64,000 nucleotides of DNA from Rebecca billardiae RCC1528 (Eukaryota > Protista > Haptophyta). The position numbers and the translations under genes were made by a program. The stretch lies in assembly GCA_965240325.2 (NCBI GenBank), contig OZ251233.1, forward strand, positions 1,612,001 to 1,676,000. The letters run 5' to 3'. This document shows, one piece after another, positions 1 through 12,800 of this stretch. The notes under the pieces were generated by a model that saw only the letters and a list, made by a program, of their open reading frames with translations, ran no database searches and had not been told where the DNA came from. How positions within the stretch are numbered: the stretch's first letter is position 1; each line of letters opens with the position of its first letter.

Positions 1-669
1 CTGCCTGCTGGCTCAGGCCGAGCATGTGTAACTACCCGAGTTGCCGCGGGCCGTGACCCACCGTGACCGTCCGACGCGGTCGGCCAGTGGCGACTCCGCC
101 GCTGCGCCAACCGCGCGGTGTCAGTTGTCACTACGGTGCCTCACTCGGCGGCGGCGCACTCTAAGTAGCAGTAGTGAGTAGTTCAATTCGGATGGAATCC
201 GCCGAGTATAGCCCGCTGATTTAATATATTTAAAAAGTTATACTATATATAATTAATTTATTTAGTAAAGTCCGGGTACTATGCTGTTTCCTAATCAGTA
301 ATTGTCTTCATGCTCTTCAGTCAGTCAGGCCGGCCCGCGGCGTTCGCGGACCGTGCGGCCGCGGGGCGTGCCGCTGGTGGTGGTGCACCGCAGCGCCGCC
401 GCGGTCCACGGTCCGAGGCGCGCCGACGCGTCCTCAATCAGGCTGAGGCGCAACGCCCCCCGGCCGAAGCAGCAGTCAGGGTGGAACGGGCGTCACAGCG
501 TCCTTGCCGTAGTCGCCCCACGGCTCGGAGCCACCGCCGTCCGCCACGTCCACGACTGAGCTCGTCGTCGTCTCGCACAGCCACGCAACACGCATCAATC
601 ACGCGGCGACCGCCACGTCGACTCCTCGACCGGATGAAGCCGGGCCACACCGAGCAGAGTCGTCGTCGG

Positions 670-1358
670 TTAGTTGAAGTACGAGAGTTGCTCCGCGCCC
701 GGCGCCGCCTGCTCAACGAGCGTGGCGGGGCCGCGCGAGAAGGGCGGCAGAATGCCGGGCCCGCACCAGGTGTGATGGCTGGGCAGCCGATCGAGCTGGG
801 CGGCGTCGCTCCCGCCGAATGCACGCGTGATGCGCGGTTGCCGCTGAGCCGCTGCGGCCGTTGACGACATACCCGCGGCGCAGCGCGGCGGGAGCGCGAT
901 GCCCTCGTGCGGATGTGACGTGGCCGGCTGGCTGGCGCCCACGCCGTTGCTCGCCTCCAGCGACGTGGGCGGCAGCTGGCCGGGCGCGAACGCCCGGCCG
1001 ACGGTCACAGGTGGGCGGCGTTGCCGCTGCTGCGCCTGCTGCCCTGCCTGCGCCGGCAGTGCAACGACGTTGTTGCCGCCCGGCCCCGCCACGATGACGT
1101 GCGCCTCCCCGGCTGGCTTTTGGTGCCCGCCCAGCTCTGCATTGGCGCCCGTCGCCGCGGCCGCGTGCGCGAGCACGGGCTGCCCCTGCCCCTGCTGCGG
1201 TGGCGCGAGCTGCGCCGCCTGCATCAGCTGCGGCTGGTAGCCATAAATGGAGCCGCCGATGAACAGGCTGTCGCGCATGCCGCCCACGCCGGCCGGCGCG
1301 GGCGGGGCGGGGCAGGCGCCGACGTGCGGCGCCGGCTCGGCGGAGGGCTGCTGCGGCG

Positions 1359-1393
<35 letters not shown>

Positions 1394-1606
1394 GACGGCG
1401 ACTGCTGCGGATGGAACGGCTGCGGCTGCTGGAAGAGCACGGAGGTCGCCCCCTTCCAGAACGCAGACACCTTGGACTGGTCGAGCAGCGCGGGGGTGGT
1501 GCCGTAGGAGGACGCCAGCACGGCGCCTCCGCCCGGCCCACCGGCGTGCGCGTGCATCGGACCGAGCATGTTGAGCGAGAGGCACTGCTGCTGCCCGACC
1601 ACCCCG

Positions 1607-1651
<45 letters not shown>

Positions 1652-2223
1652 AGGCCGCCAGCCAGCAGCAGCGCGCGGTGGTCCCCGTGCATCTGCACGC
1701 CATGCTGGTGGCGCTCTGCCACTGCGGCAGCAGCAGCAGCTGCTGCTGCCGCGGCGGCGGCGCGATGTGGCTGCTGCTGCGCCACCGCGTGCACCTTGGG
1801 GTGGATCGGGAACGCGGGCACTGATGAGCTCTGCATCGCAATCGCTCCGCCCGGCCCACACGCCACGCCACCCATGCCAAAAGCGGCGTGCACCGCGCCG
1901 TTGCACGCGTCAGGGAAGTTGAGTTTGCGCCCAAGGATGCGCGCTTGTGAGTCGTACGCCCGTGCCGCCTCCTCGGACGACGAAAAGACGCCCAGGTGGA
2001 TCGTAGAGCCGTTGATCGAGATCTGCGCCTGCCAAAAGTTGGATGACGCGACCTTGCACGCGTACACGCCCTTGTACTTGATGCCGTGCTTGCGCTGCTT
2101 CTTCGACGCGGGCCCATTGGCGTCGTCCGCGGCCGCATCGCCCCCCGCGTCCTCCGAAGGCGCCGCCGCGGCGGCCTCGCCGTCGCGTTGGTCGGCGGCC
2201 TCGCCGTCGCGTTGGTCTGTCAT
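670..2223 (-). CDS. AP2/ERF-domain transcription factor with polyQ/polyA low-complexity tail
   Basis: N-terminal KYKGVY...WQAQISINGSTIHLGVFSSSEEAARAYD...LNFP is the AP2 domain consensus, preceded by basic KKQRK; Q-rich region follows. 3' exon structure not verified. Confidence 0.88.
1361..1652. repeat. Two (CTG/CAG)n tracts encoding polyQ in the AP2 protein
   Basis: Uninterrupted ctg runs at about 1361-1393 and 1607-1652. Confidence 0.9.
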
Positions 2224-3913
2224 TGGCGTAGTTGGATAGAGGGCCTGTCGTTCCTTCTACCGACTCCAAGTTGATGGCGCGCGGCACGAAGCGATCGACG
2301 GAACATGCCCCTTCCTTAAATCTCGCGGGTAACAAGGGCCCTTGCCGGGTAAGGAACAAGCGATGCAATTCGACGGTGATTACGATGGATGAACCAATCC
2401 TCCAAGCACCCGCCCGAGACTGACGGTTCGGGGGGTAAAGGTTCGGTATCGTTGTTCAGCCCCGTTGCTCAAAAGGCCGCCGAACTGGTGGCGCAGAACC
2501 CCAAGAACTTGCGAGAACGCATCCTATTTCCGATATTTTGATAGTATTGCCCTGAGTCCTAGATCCTCATTTGAGTGCAGCAACCAAATTCAGGTTCCCA
2601 CGTATATGGTGAACGAACGACACTATATTCATCAATAGTGAGCCATATTCTCACAAGATCCGGGGGTTCACGTGAAGAGTTGTACAGAACCTCCGGAGCA
2701 CTCCTACACCACTACGTGTAGCGGAGATGAGGATCTCGCGCCGGTTGAGCCGTTAATCAATTATCAAGCGTTTGCGGCTATGACCTTTGGCGGTTGAATT
2801 CGCTTCATGCCGAGTCACAATAATATGAAAGGGGGTTTTCCGTTTTCAGCCGATGAGAACAGACCTTTCGATTTGGACTAATAACTGAGTTCAAGTAGCT
2901 TGGTGCTCACAAGCTCAGCCTAGCTATGTATGGGGGTACAGCGCAAACCCGCGGAGACCAGACTGACGGAGCAAGGGCTGTCGCCCTGCGGCTCTGCGCT
3001 CAGTAACACTAGTGACTAGACAGTGAACAGCTGACACCGTCAGGCAATCCAGCGGACAGGTGACGGACTCCGCCCAGACTCCTCGGCCACTCGGAGTAAC
3101 CGACCAGCGGCTCACCAGTGGGCAGTGGCACGCCGATCGATGACTGGTCCGCGGACTGCGGCCTGACGGAGCGGTCCGCCACTGTACCGAGTGAGTGTAC
3201 GGGTCTCCGCCGGTCTCGGACTCTGAGCATGCCTCTACCGATCGAGTACGGAGTAGCAGGTGACGGAAGGTCAGCACTGAGGACTCATCGGAGCTGCACT
3301 ACAGTCCAAGTCGATGACTACAGTACGATTCATCACCGCCCGAGTATCGTCTTGTTCAGCGGTCCGTCACTCGCAGACTGTGACTGTGTCAGGCTCAGGC
3401 TGCGACGGTCCGACGACTGACTGTACTCAGTACTGACGTCGGAGGCGGGACGTGAGTCGTGACCCGGGTCCGGGACGGGTTAGTCGGGTTTTGCCCGACT
3501 CGCCGACGGTGTCGGTGTCGCGGCCGGGTGAGCGGGCACTGAGCCGCGAGGGCCGGTGGCGGTCGGGCCGCGGGGTCGGAGACTCAGAGTCGGAGAGTCC
3601 ATGCCGCACGGACGGGCAGGACTCGTAACATTAATAATAATAAGTTACATTGAACCGAGGATGACATGTAATTTAGTCTAAATGTCTCATCACGTCGACT
3701 ACGAGTGTGAGTCTCAGTCAGAGTCGTCGGACCGACGGATGACGGAATCAACCGTGTAAGACTGCGTGCCGGCATCCGTAACGGCGGCGCATGACGAGCC
3801 CCTCCCGCCCTCCGGCCTGTACTTGTAGTCGTCCCCGCGTCCACGACCTCCCCTTCCGCAGCGGCGCCGGAGGGCTGCAGCCTGCAGAGTACACGGGACC
3901 CGTGCCCGGCGGC

Positions 3914-6900
3914 TCAGTAGACCGTCCCCATCTGGACGGGCACGTCCGCGACGACATCAACGGCGTAGCCACCGCGCACGCCCGCGTCCATCGTCGCGGG
4001 CAGCAGCACGTAGCACGCGGCCGCTCGTGCGGGCAGCAGCAGCGTCGCGCGCACCGCCTCGGCGGGCGAGAACGCGCTCTCATAGAGAACGTCCGCCTCG
4101 GCCTTCGACGCGAAGCGCAGCCGCTCGTGCGGCCCGTCCGCGCCGAGGGACGCCGGCGCGACCAGCAGGTAAAAGCCAATCATGGCCGCCGTCGCGTCCC
4201 GCCGCCGCTGCTCGGCCCACGGGTCCGCGCCGCCGCCCGCCGGCGCGCGCGCGTCCCTGGCGCGCCTGAGCTCGACCGTGACGGTGGCCCAGCCCGCGTC
4301 GCCGTGTGGCTGCCCGTCGCCGTCCTCCTCGGGCGGCGGCGCGCCGCCCACGTGCAGCAAGTGCTGCGGGTTGAGCCACCACTCTGCCCCAGCGACTGCG
4401 TGCGAGCCGCGCGCGCTGTCCACGCCCTGCGCGGGGTCGGTGCGCCACGCGCCGCGCACGCCCGCCGTGTGCACCTTGCGCGTGCGCGTGAGGCGAAGGG
4501 GCGCGGCGGGCGTGGCCGCGCCATCCCAGAACGCGTGCACGGTGCACGCCGCGCCGCGCGGCGCCGCGCCCTCCGCCGCCTCCTCGCCGTCGAGCGTTGG
4601 CGCAGCCGAGGCGGAGGGCACCACCGTGTACACAAGGCCTCGGCCAAGCCGAGCGGAGAGCTCGGCGCTCGCGCGCGGCGCGGCGCGCGCGGGCGACCGC
4701 GCGCGCGGCTTGTTGGTCCTTGGGCGCGGCGCTTCGTTGCCCTCGTCGTCCAGCTCGCCGCCGTAACCGCCGTAACCGGAGTCTGCGACGACGTGCGCGC
4801 TGTCCAGGTACACGCACGGCCGCGCGCCAGCCTCGGCGCTGGCCGCCGCCTCAGCCTCGGCCGCGCCGCCGCCGCCCGACGCGCCGCCACCCGGCGCCCG
4901 GCCGGCAGCGCCGCGCCTGAACCGCGCGAGACCGCTCGTCGCGACGGCGAGCCCAGCGACGGCGGCTGCCTCCGCTGCGTCCGCGTCCGTGGGCGCGCCC
5001 GCGGGCGCGCCCGGCGCGCCGCCCGCTCGGCCGTGCTCGCCGCCGCCCCCAGCCACGCCCGCCCCGCCATACAGCGTCGATCGGACGCCCACGCCCACGC
5101 CCAGACGGCCGCTCACGCGGTCGCGCGCTGCGCCGCCGGCCGGCAGCGCGCTCTCAGCCGCCGAGACGGCCGCGTCGGCGGCGGCGGCGCGCACGCGGAG
5201 GGCGACGCTGTCGCTGGCGCGCGCCGCCATCGCCGCCTCCGCCGAGTCGAGCACAGAGTCCGGGTCCTCACGCAGGTAACGCCCGGCGCCCAGCAGCCCG
5301 CGAGTGCTGCCGCTCACACCCGCGAGCAGCCGCGCGCGCGTGCCGCCTCGCTGCGAGGCTAGCCACGGCGCGCGCGCGCGCGCCGCCTCGGCCAGTGAAG
5401 CGCTCGCGCGCGCGGCGGCGTGCGCGTCGGCCTCGGCCGCGCGCGCGGCTGAGGCGTCCGCGGCCGCCTCGAGCGCGCTCGAAGCGCCGCCCGGCAGGCT
5501 CAGCCCGAGCTTGGCAGCGGAGAGGTGGGGCTGCTGCCTGTGCTGCTGCTGGGAAGTGTGGTGCGGTGCCGCAGTGGGCGCACGGAGCGGCGCCGGGGCG
5601 CCGAGGGTGGCGGTGGCCGCGCCGCCGTGCGCCGCCCACGGACCATCATCGGCGTCGTCCACGTCCGAAGCGTCGGTGTGCGCCGGGTGCGGCGGCTGCA
5701 GGAGCACGTGCAGGCCCACCGCCGACCGCTCGGCCGCCGTGCCGCCCTCGGCAGCACCAGCCTCGCTCGTCAACACCAGCTGCACAGCCACAGTCCCACC
5801 GCCCGCCGCGTCGCCACCGCCGCCGGCCATGTCCACACCTCCGCCCCAGTCGTTGACCGCGCGCGCGCCGTGCGGCACGCTCAGTGCGAGCTGGGGGTTG
5901 GTCGGCCACCAGAGCGAGGGCGGCGGGCCGGCCGGCGTGGAGGGCCACGCGCAGCGCAGTGCCACATGGCGCAGCCGGGGCACCGGCGAGACGTGCACGC
6001 CGGCCGGGCAGTCAGTCCACACCCGGAGGACGAAAGCGCATGCTCGCGCGCCGCGGTCGGAGTCGTCGCCGCTGGGCGACGCGCGCGCCGCCGGCGTCGC
6101 GGCGGTGCGGCGCGGCATGTGGCGCAGCTGCGGGACGACGGTGACCGTCTCGCCGCGGCGCAGCCGCAGCCGCACCACCGCCTCCTCTCCCGCCGCGACG
6201 AGGCCGGACGCCGCCAGCTCGCCCTCCGCGCGCGCCGGCGCGCCGCCCGGCGCGCCGCCCGGCGCGCCGCCCGGCGCGCCGCCCGGCGTGCCACCCGGCC
6301 AACTGACAGCCGTCGCCTCTGCCATGGCCCCACTCCATTTTCGCGTGCGTCCGCGCGCGCAGGCGAAGGCGGTGAGCTGCGCGAGGCTGCCCGCGTCGGC
6401 GCCGGCGGGCGCTGGCAGCGGCAGCACCGAGACGAGCACCACGCCGCCGCCTGCGCTCGGCTGCGCGTCGTCGGCTCCGGCGCCGCGCGCACCAGACGGC
6501 GTGGCGGGTGCGGAGCCCAGGGCAGCGGAGGCGGAGGGCGCTTGCACCGACGACGCCGCGCGCGGCAGCGAGACCCACCACTGAGGCGCCTCGCACAGCG
6601 GCGCGGTGGGCGGCTCGCCGGCGCGCGCGCGCACGCACCGCGCCGCCCACGTGCCGACGAGCTGCACGCAGTGCCACGCACGCCCGACCTCCGCCCCTCC
6701 GCCGCCGGCGCCAGGCGCGGCGGACGGCTGCGCCTGCGCTCGCGCCGAGGCCGGCCGCGACGCGCTGAGCGACGGGCGCGCAGCGCCGCGCGCCGAGCCG
6801 GGGCGCGCACTCGTCGCTGGCGCGGCGGGTGCGTACGCGGCTGGCGCGCGCGGCGAGGCGCGCGGCGCGTGGAAGTGGCACAGCGTCAGCCTCGTGAACT

Positions 6901-8344
6901 GCGCCGCCGCCTCCTCCGCCGACACCCAAAACGCTCCAGCGAGCGTCGGCGCGCCGAGCGCGCCGCCGCGCGCCGCCGGCTCCGGCGGCCGCGCCGCTCC
7001 GGGCACCGCCGCGCGCCACGCGAGCGCGGGCGCGGCCGCCGCGCCGGGGGCGAGCGAGCGCGCGAGCGCGACGCCTGTTGGCGTGCGCCACTCGGCAGAG
7101 CCCTCCGCCCACGCGCCGCGCCACCCGCCATGCCCTCCGCCGCCGCCCGCGCCGGCCGGCACGCCACCAGCAGTCGCCGGGTCCAGCAACAGCAGCAGCC
7201 GCGTGCCGCCTGCCTGCCGCGCGCTGAGCACGGCGTACGCGTGGTTGGCGCGCACGCCGGAGGGCGGCGCGGCGCGCCGGGGGGCGCCCTCGCCGCTCTG
7301 CTCCAGCGTGAGCGTCGCGGCGAGCGCCGGCACCCACTGCGCTTGCCGAGCTGTGTGCAACCCTAGGTCGTCGGCGGCGGCGGCGGCGGCGGCGGCGGTC
7401 GTGGCAGCGCCGCCGCCATGGGGCCGCGCGGCCTCGGCGGCGGGCGGCGCGGTGCCCGGCTGCCACGGCGCCCCGAGCAGCCGCCACAGCCGCGAGGCGG
7501 CGTCCTCGCCGGCCGTGCCCTCGCCGCCACGCGTGTGCACGCGCACGACCTCACATACTCCGCCTGTGAGCGCGCGCAGCGCGGTGGCCGCGCTACCGCC
7601 GCGCAACCGCCCGTAGCTGGGCGTATCCGCGTCCGGATCGCGCCGCGCGTGGCCGCCCGGCAGGCTGCGCGCCACGGCGAACGCCTTCTCCACGTACGCC
7701 GGCCACAGCTCCTGCACGCCGCCCTCCGTGCCCGCGGCGGCGCGGCCGGCGCGGCCGCCGCTCACAGCGCCGGCATGCGCACCGCGGGCAAACAGAAGTT
7801 CGTTCCCGCCGGCGCCGACGGCGAGCTCGGGCCCCACGGTGATCGAGCGCCAAGCGAAGGCGCGGCGCGCGGCGCGCTCGTCGCCGCCGTCCTCGGGCGC
7901 GCTCGCCAGCAGCAGCTGCACCGTGACTGGAGCGTCGGCTGCGGCCGCCTGCGAGCTCGCATCGCTGAGCGCGCCGCCGAGCTCGGCCGAGCCGTCCGCA
8001 GCGGCGGGGCGCACGCTCGCGAGGCGATGGAGGGGCGGCGCGGGATCGAACGTCCCGTCCGACGGCGGGGCGCCTCGCTGGCCCACGCCGGTGCGGATCG
8101 CCTCGAGCGCGCCATGCGCGCGCTCGCCGCCGAGCGCGCACAGCGCACCAAGCAGCCAGCAGTCACCGAGCTCGCCCTGCGCGGGGACGGCGGGGTCGGC
8201 GGCGGCTGAGTCGACGAGCGGGAGCGTGAGCTCCGACGGGAGGGCCCACTCGACGCTCGGCGCGCGCGGCAGCTCGCCGATCGCCACGTCCAACGGCGCG
8301 GCCGCGTCGCCCAACGGGTCCTCATCGGCCGTTGGCAGCGCCAT
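3914..8344 (-). CDS. Calpain-like cysteine protease (CysPc core plus domain-III-like repeats)
   Basis: QGELGDCWLLGAL (catalytic Cys), LWPAYVEKAFA, YGRLRGG...ALRALTGG, NHAYAVL (His), WRGAWAEGSAEW, GAFWVS; downstream WWPTNPQLAL and WWLNPQHLL resemble calpain domain III. Confidence 0.85.
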   Translation of the reverse strand: MALPTADEDPLGDAAAPLDVAIGELPRAPSVEWALPSELTLPLVDSAAADPAVPAQGELGDCWLLGALCALGGERAHGALEAIRTGVGQRGAPPSDGTFDPAPPLHRLASVRPAAADGSAELGGALSDASSQAAAADAPVTVQLLLASAPEDGGDERAARRAFAWRSITVGPELAVGAGGNELLFARGAHAGAVSGGRAGRAAAGTEGGVQELWPAYVEKAFAVARSLPGGHARRDPDADTPSYGRLRGGSAATALRALTGGVCEVVRVHTRGGEGTAGEDAASRLWRLLGAPWQPGTAPPAAEAARPHGGGAATTAAAAAAAADDLGLHTARQAQWVPALAATLTLEQSGEGAPRRAAPPSGVRANHAYAVLSARQAGGTRLLLLLDPATAGGVPAGAGGGGGHGGWRGAWAEGSAEWRTPTGVALARSLAPGAAAAPALAWRAAVPGAARPPEPAARGGALGAPTLAGAFWVSAEEAAAQFTRLTLCHFHAPRASPRAPAAYAPAAPATSARPGSARGAARPSLSASRPASARAQAQPSAAPGAGGGGAEVGRAWHCVQLVGTWAARCVRARAGEPPTAPLCEAPQWWVSLPRAASSVQAPSASAALGSAPATPSGARGAGADDAQPSAGGGVVLVSVLPLPAPAGADAGSLAQLTAFACARGRTRKWSGAMAEATAVSWPGGTPGGAPGGAPGGAPGGAPARAEGELAASGLVAAGEEAVVRLRLRRGETVTVVPQLRHMPRRTAATPAARASPSGDDSDRGARACAFVLRVWTDCPAGVHVSPVPRLRHVALRCAWPSTPAGPPPSLWWPTNPQLALSVPHGARAVNDWGGGVDMAGGGGDAAGGGTVAVQLVLTSEAGAAEGGTAAERSAVGLHVLLQPPHPAHTDASDVDDADDGPWAAHGGAATATLGAPAPLRAPTAAPHHTSQQQHRQQPHLSAAKLGLSLPGGASSALEAAADASAARAAEADAHAAARASASLAEAARARAPWLASQRGGTRARLLAGVSGSTRGLLGAGRYLREDPDSVLDSAEAAMAARASDSVALRVRAAAADAAVSAAESALPAGGAARDRVSGRLGVGVGVRSTLYGGAGVAGGGGEHGRAGGAPGAPAGAPTDADAAEAAAVAGLAVATSGLARFRRGAAGRAPGGGASGGGGAAEAEAAASAEAGARPCVYLDSAHVVADSGYGGYGGELDDEGNEAPRPRTNKPRARSPARAAPRASAELSARLGRGLVYTVVPSASAAPTLDGEEAAEGAAPRGAACTVHAFWDGAATPAAPLRLTRTRKVHTAGVRGAWRTDPAQGVDSARGSHAVAGAEWWLNPQHLLHVGGAPPPEEDGDGQPHGDAGWATVTVELRRARDARAPAGGGADPWAEQRRRDATAAMIGFYLLVAPASLGADGPHERLRFASKAEADVLYESAFSPAEAVRATLLLPARAAACYVLLPATMDAGVRGGYAVDVVADVPVQMGTVY

Positions 8345-8505
8345 TGCGCGCTGCGGCTCAAGCGAGAATAAAAACGCCCCTTACCCCCATACTTAAAAAA
8401 AAGCCTGGGGTTGCCTCAACCAGACGGTTTCGCCTTTGGTGAGGAACCCGGGCTGAGGGCGAGATGGCGCCTGCGCGCGACGCCCTGTGAGCGAGCGGGC
8501 GCAAG

Positions 8506-9847
8506 ATGAGTGAGCCGGGCGCCGGGCAGCCGGCGCGCGACGTGCTGCGCGGGCGCGTGCCCGTGCTGCCGTCGCCATACCCCACGCACCCGCACAAGCC
8601 GCCGCACGCCCTCCGCGCCTCCGCCGTCGCGACGCCACCGCTCGACCTGGGTGCTGCGCGCGCGCGCGTGGGCGGCGGCCGCGCCGCGGCGGCGGGCGGC
8701 GCGCGGATGGCGTCGCTCGGCGAGCTGGGCTCCTCCGCGCCCGTGGCTCTCCCACGCGCTCGGCGTGCCGCCTCGGGCGCCGCGTCCGACCCGCTCGCCG
8801 CGCTGCGCGAGATGCGCCGCGAGGTGGCCGCCGTGCAGCACACGGCCGCGGTGTCGCGCAAGCGCGTGCCCGCGGCGAACGAGTCGGCGCGGCGCATCGC
8901 CGCGGCGGGGCTGGTGCTGCCGGAGATCCCGGACGTCCTCTCCGCCCGCCAGCAGACGCGCTCCCTGCTGCAGCTCGAGCTCGAGTGGCGCGAGGGCCTG
9001 TCGGCGGCGATCGGGCCGGGCGGCAGCGCGGGCGGCAACGGCGACCAGCTCGGCAAGCGCACGATTGAGCGCACGGCGGTGAGCGTGCGCGCACTGCGCC
9101 AGATGCTCGGCGTGCCCTCGCCGTTCGCCTCCTTCCTCCCCGACCTCGTCGCCGAGCTGTACGCGTGCATCTACTCGGACACGCGCGTGCCCGAGCGCGG
9201 CGCGGACGCGGACGGCCGCGGCGCCGCCGAGAACGAAGGCGACGATGACGAGGTCGGCAGTGCGCGGCTGCGGCTGCCGTGGCACGAGGTGGCGGTGCTG
9301 AACGAGCCGGAGGCGAACGAGGCGGAGCGCGCGCGGCTCTCCCTCCTCCTCGCCACCACGCGCAACAAGGCGCAGAAGGCGCAGGCCGAGACGAAGGCGG
9401 CCGCGCAGCGGCTCGACGCCGCAAACGCTCGGATCGACAAGCTCGAGAGCGCGGCCGCGCGCCGCCGCCCCATGGTGGAGGGGCTGCTGACCCGGCTGGC
9501 GCAGGCGGACGAGGAGCTGGACGAGCGCGGGCGGACGCTGCTGCGCGTGCTCGAGTCGCGCGACGCCGCGTACGACCAGCTCGCCGAGGCGCAGCTCCAG
9601 ACACAGCTCGAGCAGAAGCGCACGGAACTTTCCGAGAAAGCGATCGCTGACCTCGACCTGCGGCTCGCAGCGTCCTACTCCGCCGCCACCGTGGACGCGC
9701 TGCGCGCGGAGAAGGAGCAGCTGGTCTCGGCGCTCGCGGCGTACCACGAGCTCCTCGCCGCGCTCTTCCCCGCCGACGTGCCCAAGCCGCTCCCGACGCT
9801 CGCGCTCGGCGAGGGCGTTCTGAAAGACTTGTGGCGAGAGGTGCCGA

Positions 9848-9893
<46 letters not shown>

Positions 9894-12800
9894 AGGGAGG
9901 AGCGTGGCGGTGGCGTTCAGCCAGGTGGCGGCGGCGCTGCCGCACTCGAAGGGGCGCGGGTGGGAGCACCTGCGCGCGGAGCACCAGCTCCTCGGCGCGC
10001 GCGCGCTCGAGTCCGAGCGCAAGCGCCTCGCGCTCCACGCCACGCTCGAGCGGCGCCGCGGGCACGCGCACGGCGGCGGCCATGCTGCCGCGGCCGCGGC
10101 GGTCGGCGGCGGCGGGCTGGCGTCGGCCCTCGCTGCGAGCGCCGACGACGACCCGCTCGTGCGGACCGCGCTCGACGCGGCGGTGTCGGCGTCGGGCGTG
10201 GAGAAAATGATGCCGAGCGCGCCCTCGCGCGCCTCCATTGCCGCCGGCGCCGCCGTAGCCGCCGGCGCCGCCGCCGCCTCGCCGACCCGTCACCACGGGC
10301 CGAGCTCATTCGCCCACGCGCCGCCGCCGCCACACGGTGCCGCCGCCGCGGCGCACGCCGCCGCCGCGGCCGAGGCGGAGGCGACGACGCTTGCGGTCGG
10401 GCTCGGCGGCGCGGCGCCGCTCACGCCGCGGCCGGTCGGCGCGATCTCCTCGCTGAGCGCCGCGCTGTCTCGGCTGGCCGCCGCGCGCGGCTTGCCGCTT
10501 GCCGCTGGCGACGGCGCGTGTGCGAGCGCTCACGCGAGCCCGCCGCAGCCGCGCACGTCGCCCAACCAGCGCGCGAGGCAGTTGGGGCTGGGCGCGGGCG
10601 CGGATGGCACGGCGGCGAACGCGAGGCGGGGGAGCACGCTGCACCACCGGCCCACCGCCTCCGTGGCGCCGGGCGCGCACGCCGACGCGCGCAGACGCGC
10701 GCACGCGCGCTCCTCGGCCGGCGCGCTGGGCGCGGACGCGCGCGCGCACGCGGATGGACACGGCGGCGGCGGCGGCGGCGGCAGCGGCTCGGATGGGATC
10801 TTGGTGCCAGCGGGCGTGCTGCCGCACGCCCTCGACCTGAGCAAGCCCACCGCCGAGCTGATGCTCGCCCTCGTCGAGAGCACAGTCCTGCTCGCAGACC
10901 CATGGGATACCTCTGGCCACCGGATTCCGCACCCGGACTCTGTGGCGGCGGCCGCGAGGCTGGTGCCGTTGAGCGGCGGGGACGCGGTCCGGCGCGCGTG
11001 GGGCGCGGGCGGCGGCGCGGGGCCCGAGCCGGGCTCGGTCGGCGCCACGCCCGCCGGCCGCGAGCGGCGGTACAGCGGCGGCGGCGGTGGCGTGGGCAGC
11101 CGCGCGGGCGCGGGCGGCGGCGCGGTCGGCGCGGGCGATGCACTCCTGATCCCAACGGCCGGACCGCCGCACTGGGCGGGCACGCCGCGCTCGCTCCGCG
11201 CGGCAGGCGCGGCGCTGACGGCCGCCGGCACAAGCGGCAGCGTGTACGTGCGCGCGCACGCGCTCTCGCTCAGCCGCGTGCGCGCGCTCGTGTCGGAGTT
11301 CTGGGCCTGGCGAGGCGGCGGCGCAGCCGCCGCCGCGGCCGTGCCAGCCGACGGCCGCGGCGGCGCGGCCGCCGCCGCGCCTGAGTGGTCGCTGCAGGCC
11401 GGGCACTCGCTCGACGACTCGGTGTGGGCGTTTTGCGCAGAGCGCGCCGCGGCCGAGCGCGCGGGCGCGGCGCCGGGCGGCGAGGAGGCGGCGGCGTCTC
11501 TCTGCTACGCACTGCATGAAGGACTTGCGCGTTACGGCCGCGGCGCGCACAGCGGCGCGCGCGACCCGGTCGTGAGCACGCTGACCAACGCACTCGGCGG
11601 CCTCTGGCCGCAAAGGATCTGGTGCGGCGCGGGCGCGGCGCGGGCGCGGCGCGGGTGCGGGCGTGGTGGCTGCGCATGCGCGCGCGCGTGCTGCGGCGCC
11701 GCCGCGCCGTCGCGCCTGTCGGGCGGCCCCACTGCAGCCGCAGACGTGCCCAGCGCGCGCGCCCACGCGCGCGCACCCGAGGCTGACGCGCCACACCGCG
11801 CCACCCCGCCTGACGCGCAGGGCCGACCTGCTTGCCGCCCTCAACGCGCTTCACGACGCGATGCGCGCGCGCGCACCCGCGAGTGAGCGACAGGCGAGCT
11901 CCGCGGCCGAGGCCCCCAGCAAGGGCGCGGGCGGCAAGGGTGTGGGACAGGCGGCGTCAGTGCCGCCGCCGGGCGCGGGGCAGGACAAGGGCGGCGCGCC
12001 CAAGGAGGACACCGCCGCGCCCGCGCCGCCGCCGCCGCCACTCACGCTCCCGCTCGGCACCATCGCCCACGTGCTCCGGAGCCGCGCGGCCGAACCTTTT
12101 TCGAGAAACTCGCACGTCGCCGAGGCGCTGGCCAGGCTTCTGCTGCCGCACAGCGGCGGCGGCGCGGACGGCGGCGGCGGCGGCGGGCGCGTCTCGCCCA
12201 CCCCTGAGATGGCGTTCGCGGCGGCCGCCGCCGCCGCCGCCGCCGCCGCCATCGACCCCGCGCACGACGCAGGCGGCTCGGACGAGGGCCTCCCGCCGCT
12301 CCCGGCGCTGGGGCACGGGCCGCGCGTCACGCTCGGCGATGCGCTGAGCGCGCGCGCCCTCGCCGCGCCAGGCAGCGTGCCGCGCGAGCTCGCTCCGTTC
12401 GTCGGCGCGCTGTACAATGCCTTTCTGCTGCGCTATCACGAGCTGCTGCCGGCGCTCGAGGCCGTGCTCACGAGCGGCGAGCTGGGCGCTCAGCACGCGG
12501 ACGGCGGTGGCGGCGGCACGGCGGCGGCGGGCGCGCACGGCGCACACCCCACTGTGCGCCTCACGCCGGCGGACGCGCGGCGCGCGCTGCAGCTCGCCGC
12601 GCGCGGCGCGCTGCAGAGCAAGGAGGCGTCCGAGCTCGCCGCGCGCGGCTTCGGCGTCGCCTCGGCCGCGCAGCTCCGCCCGGACGCGAGCATCAGCGCG
12701 CAGCTCTGGCTCGCTCAGCTGCGGCTGCAGGGGCCCGTGCGCGCGCCGGTGGACGGCGGCGGCGCGCGCGGGCGAGCGCCACGCCTCAGCCAGGCGCCGC

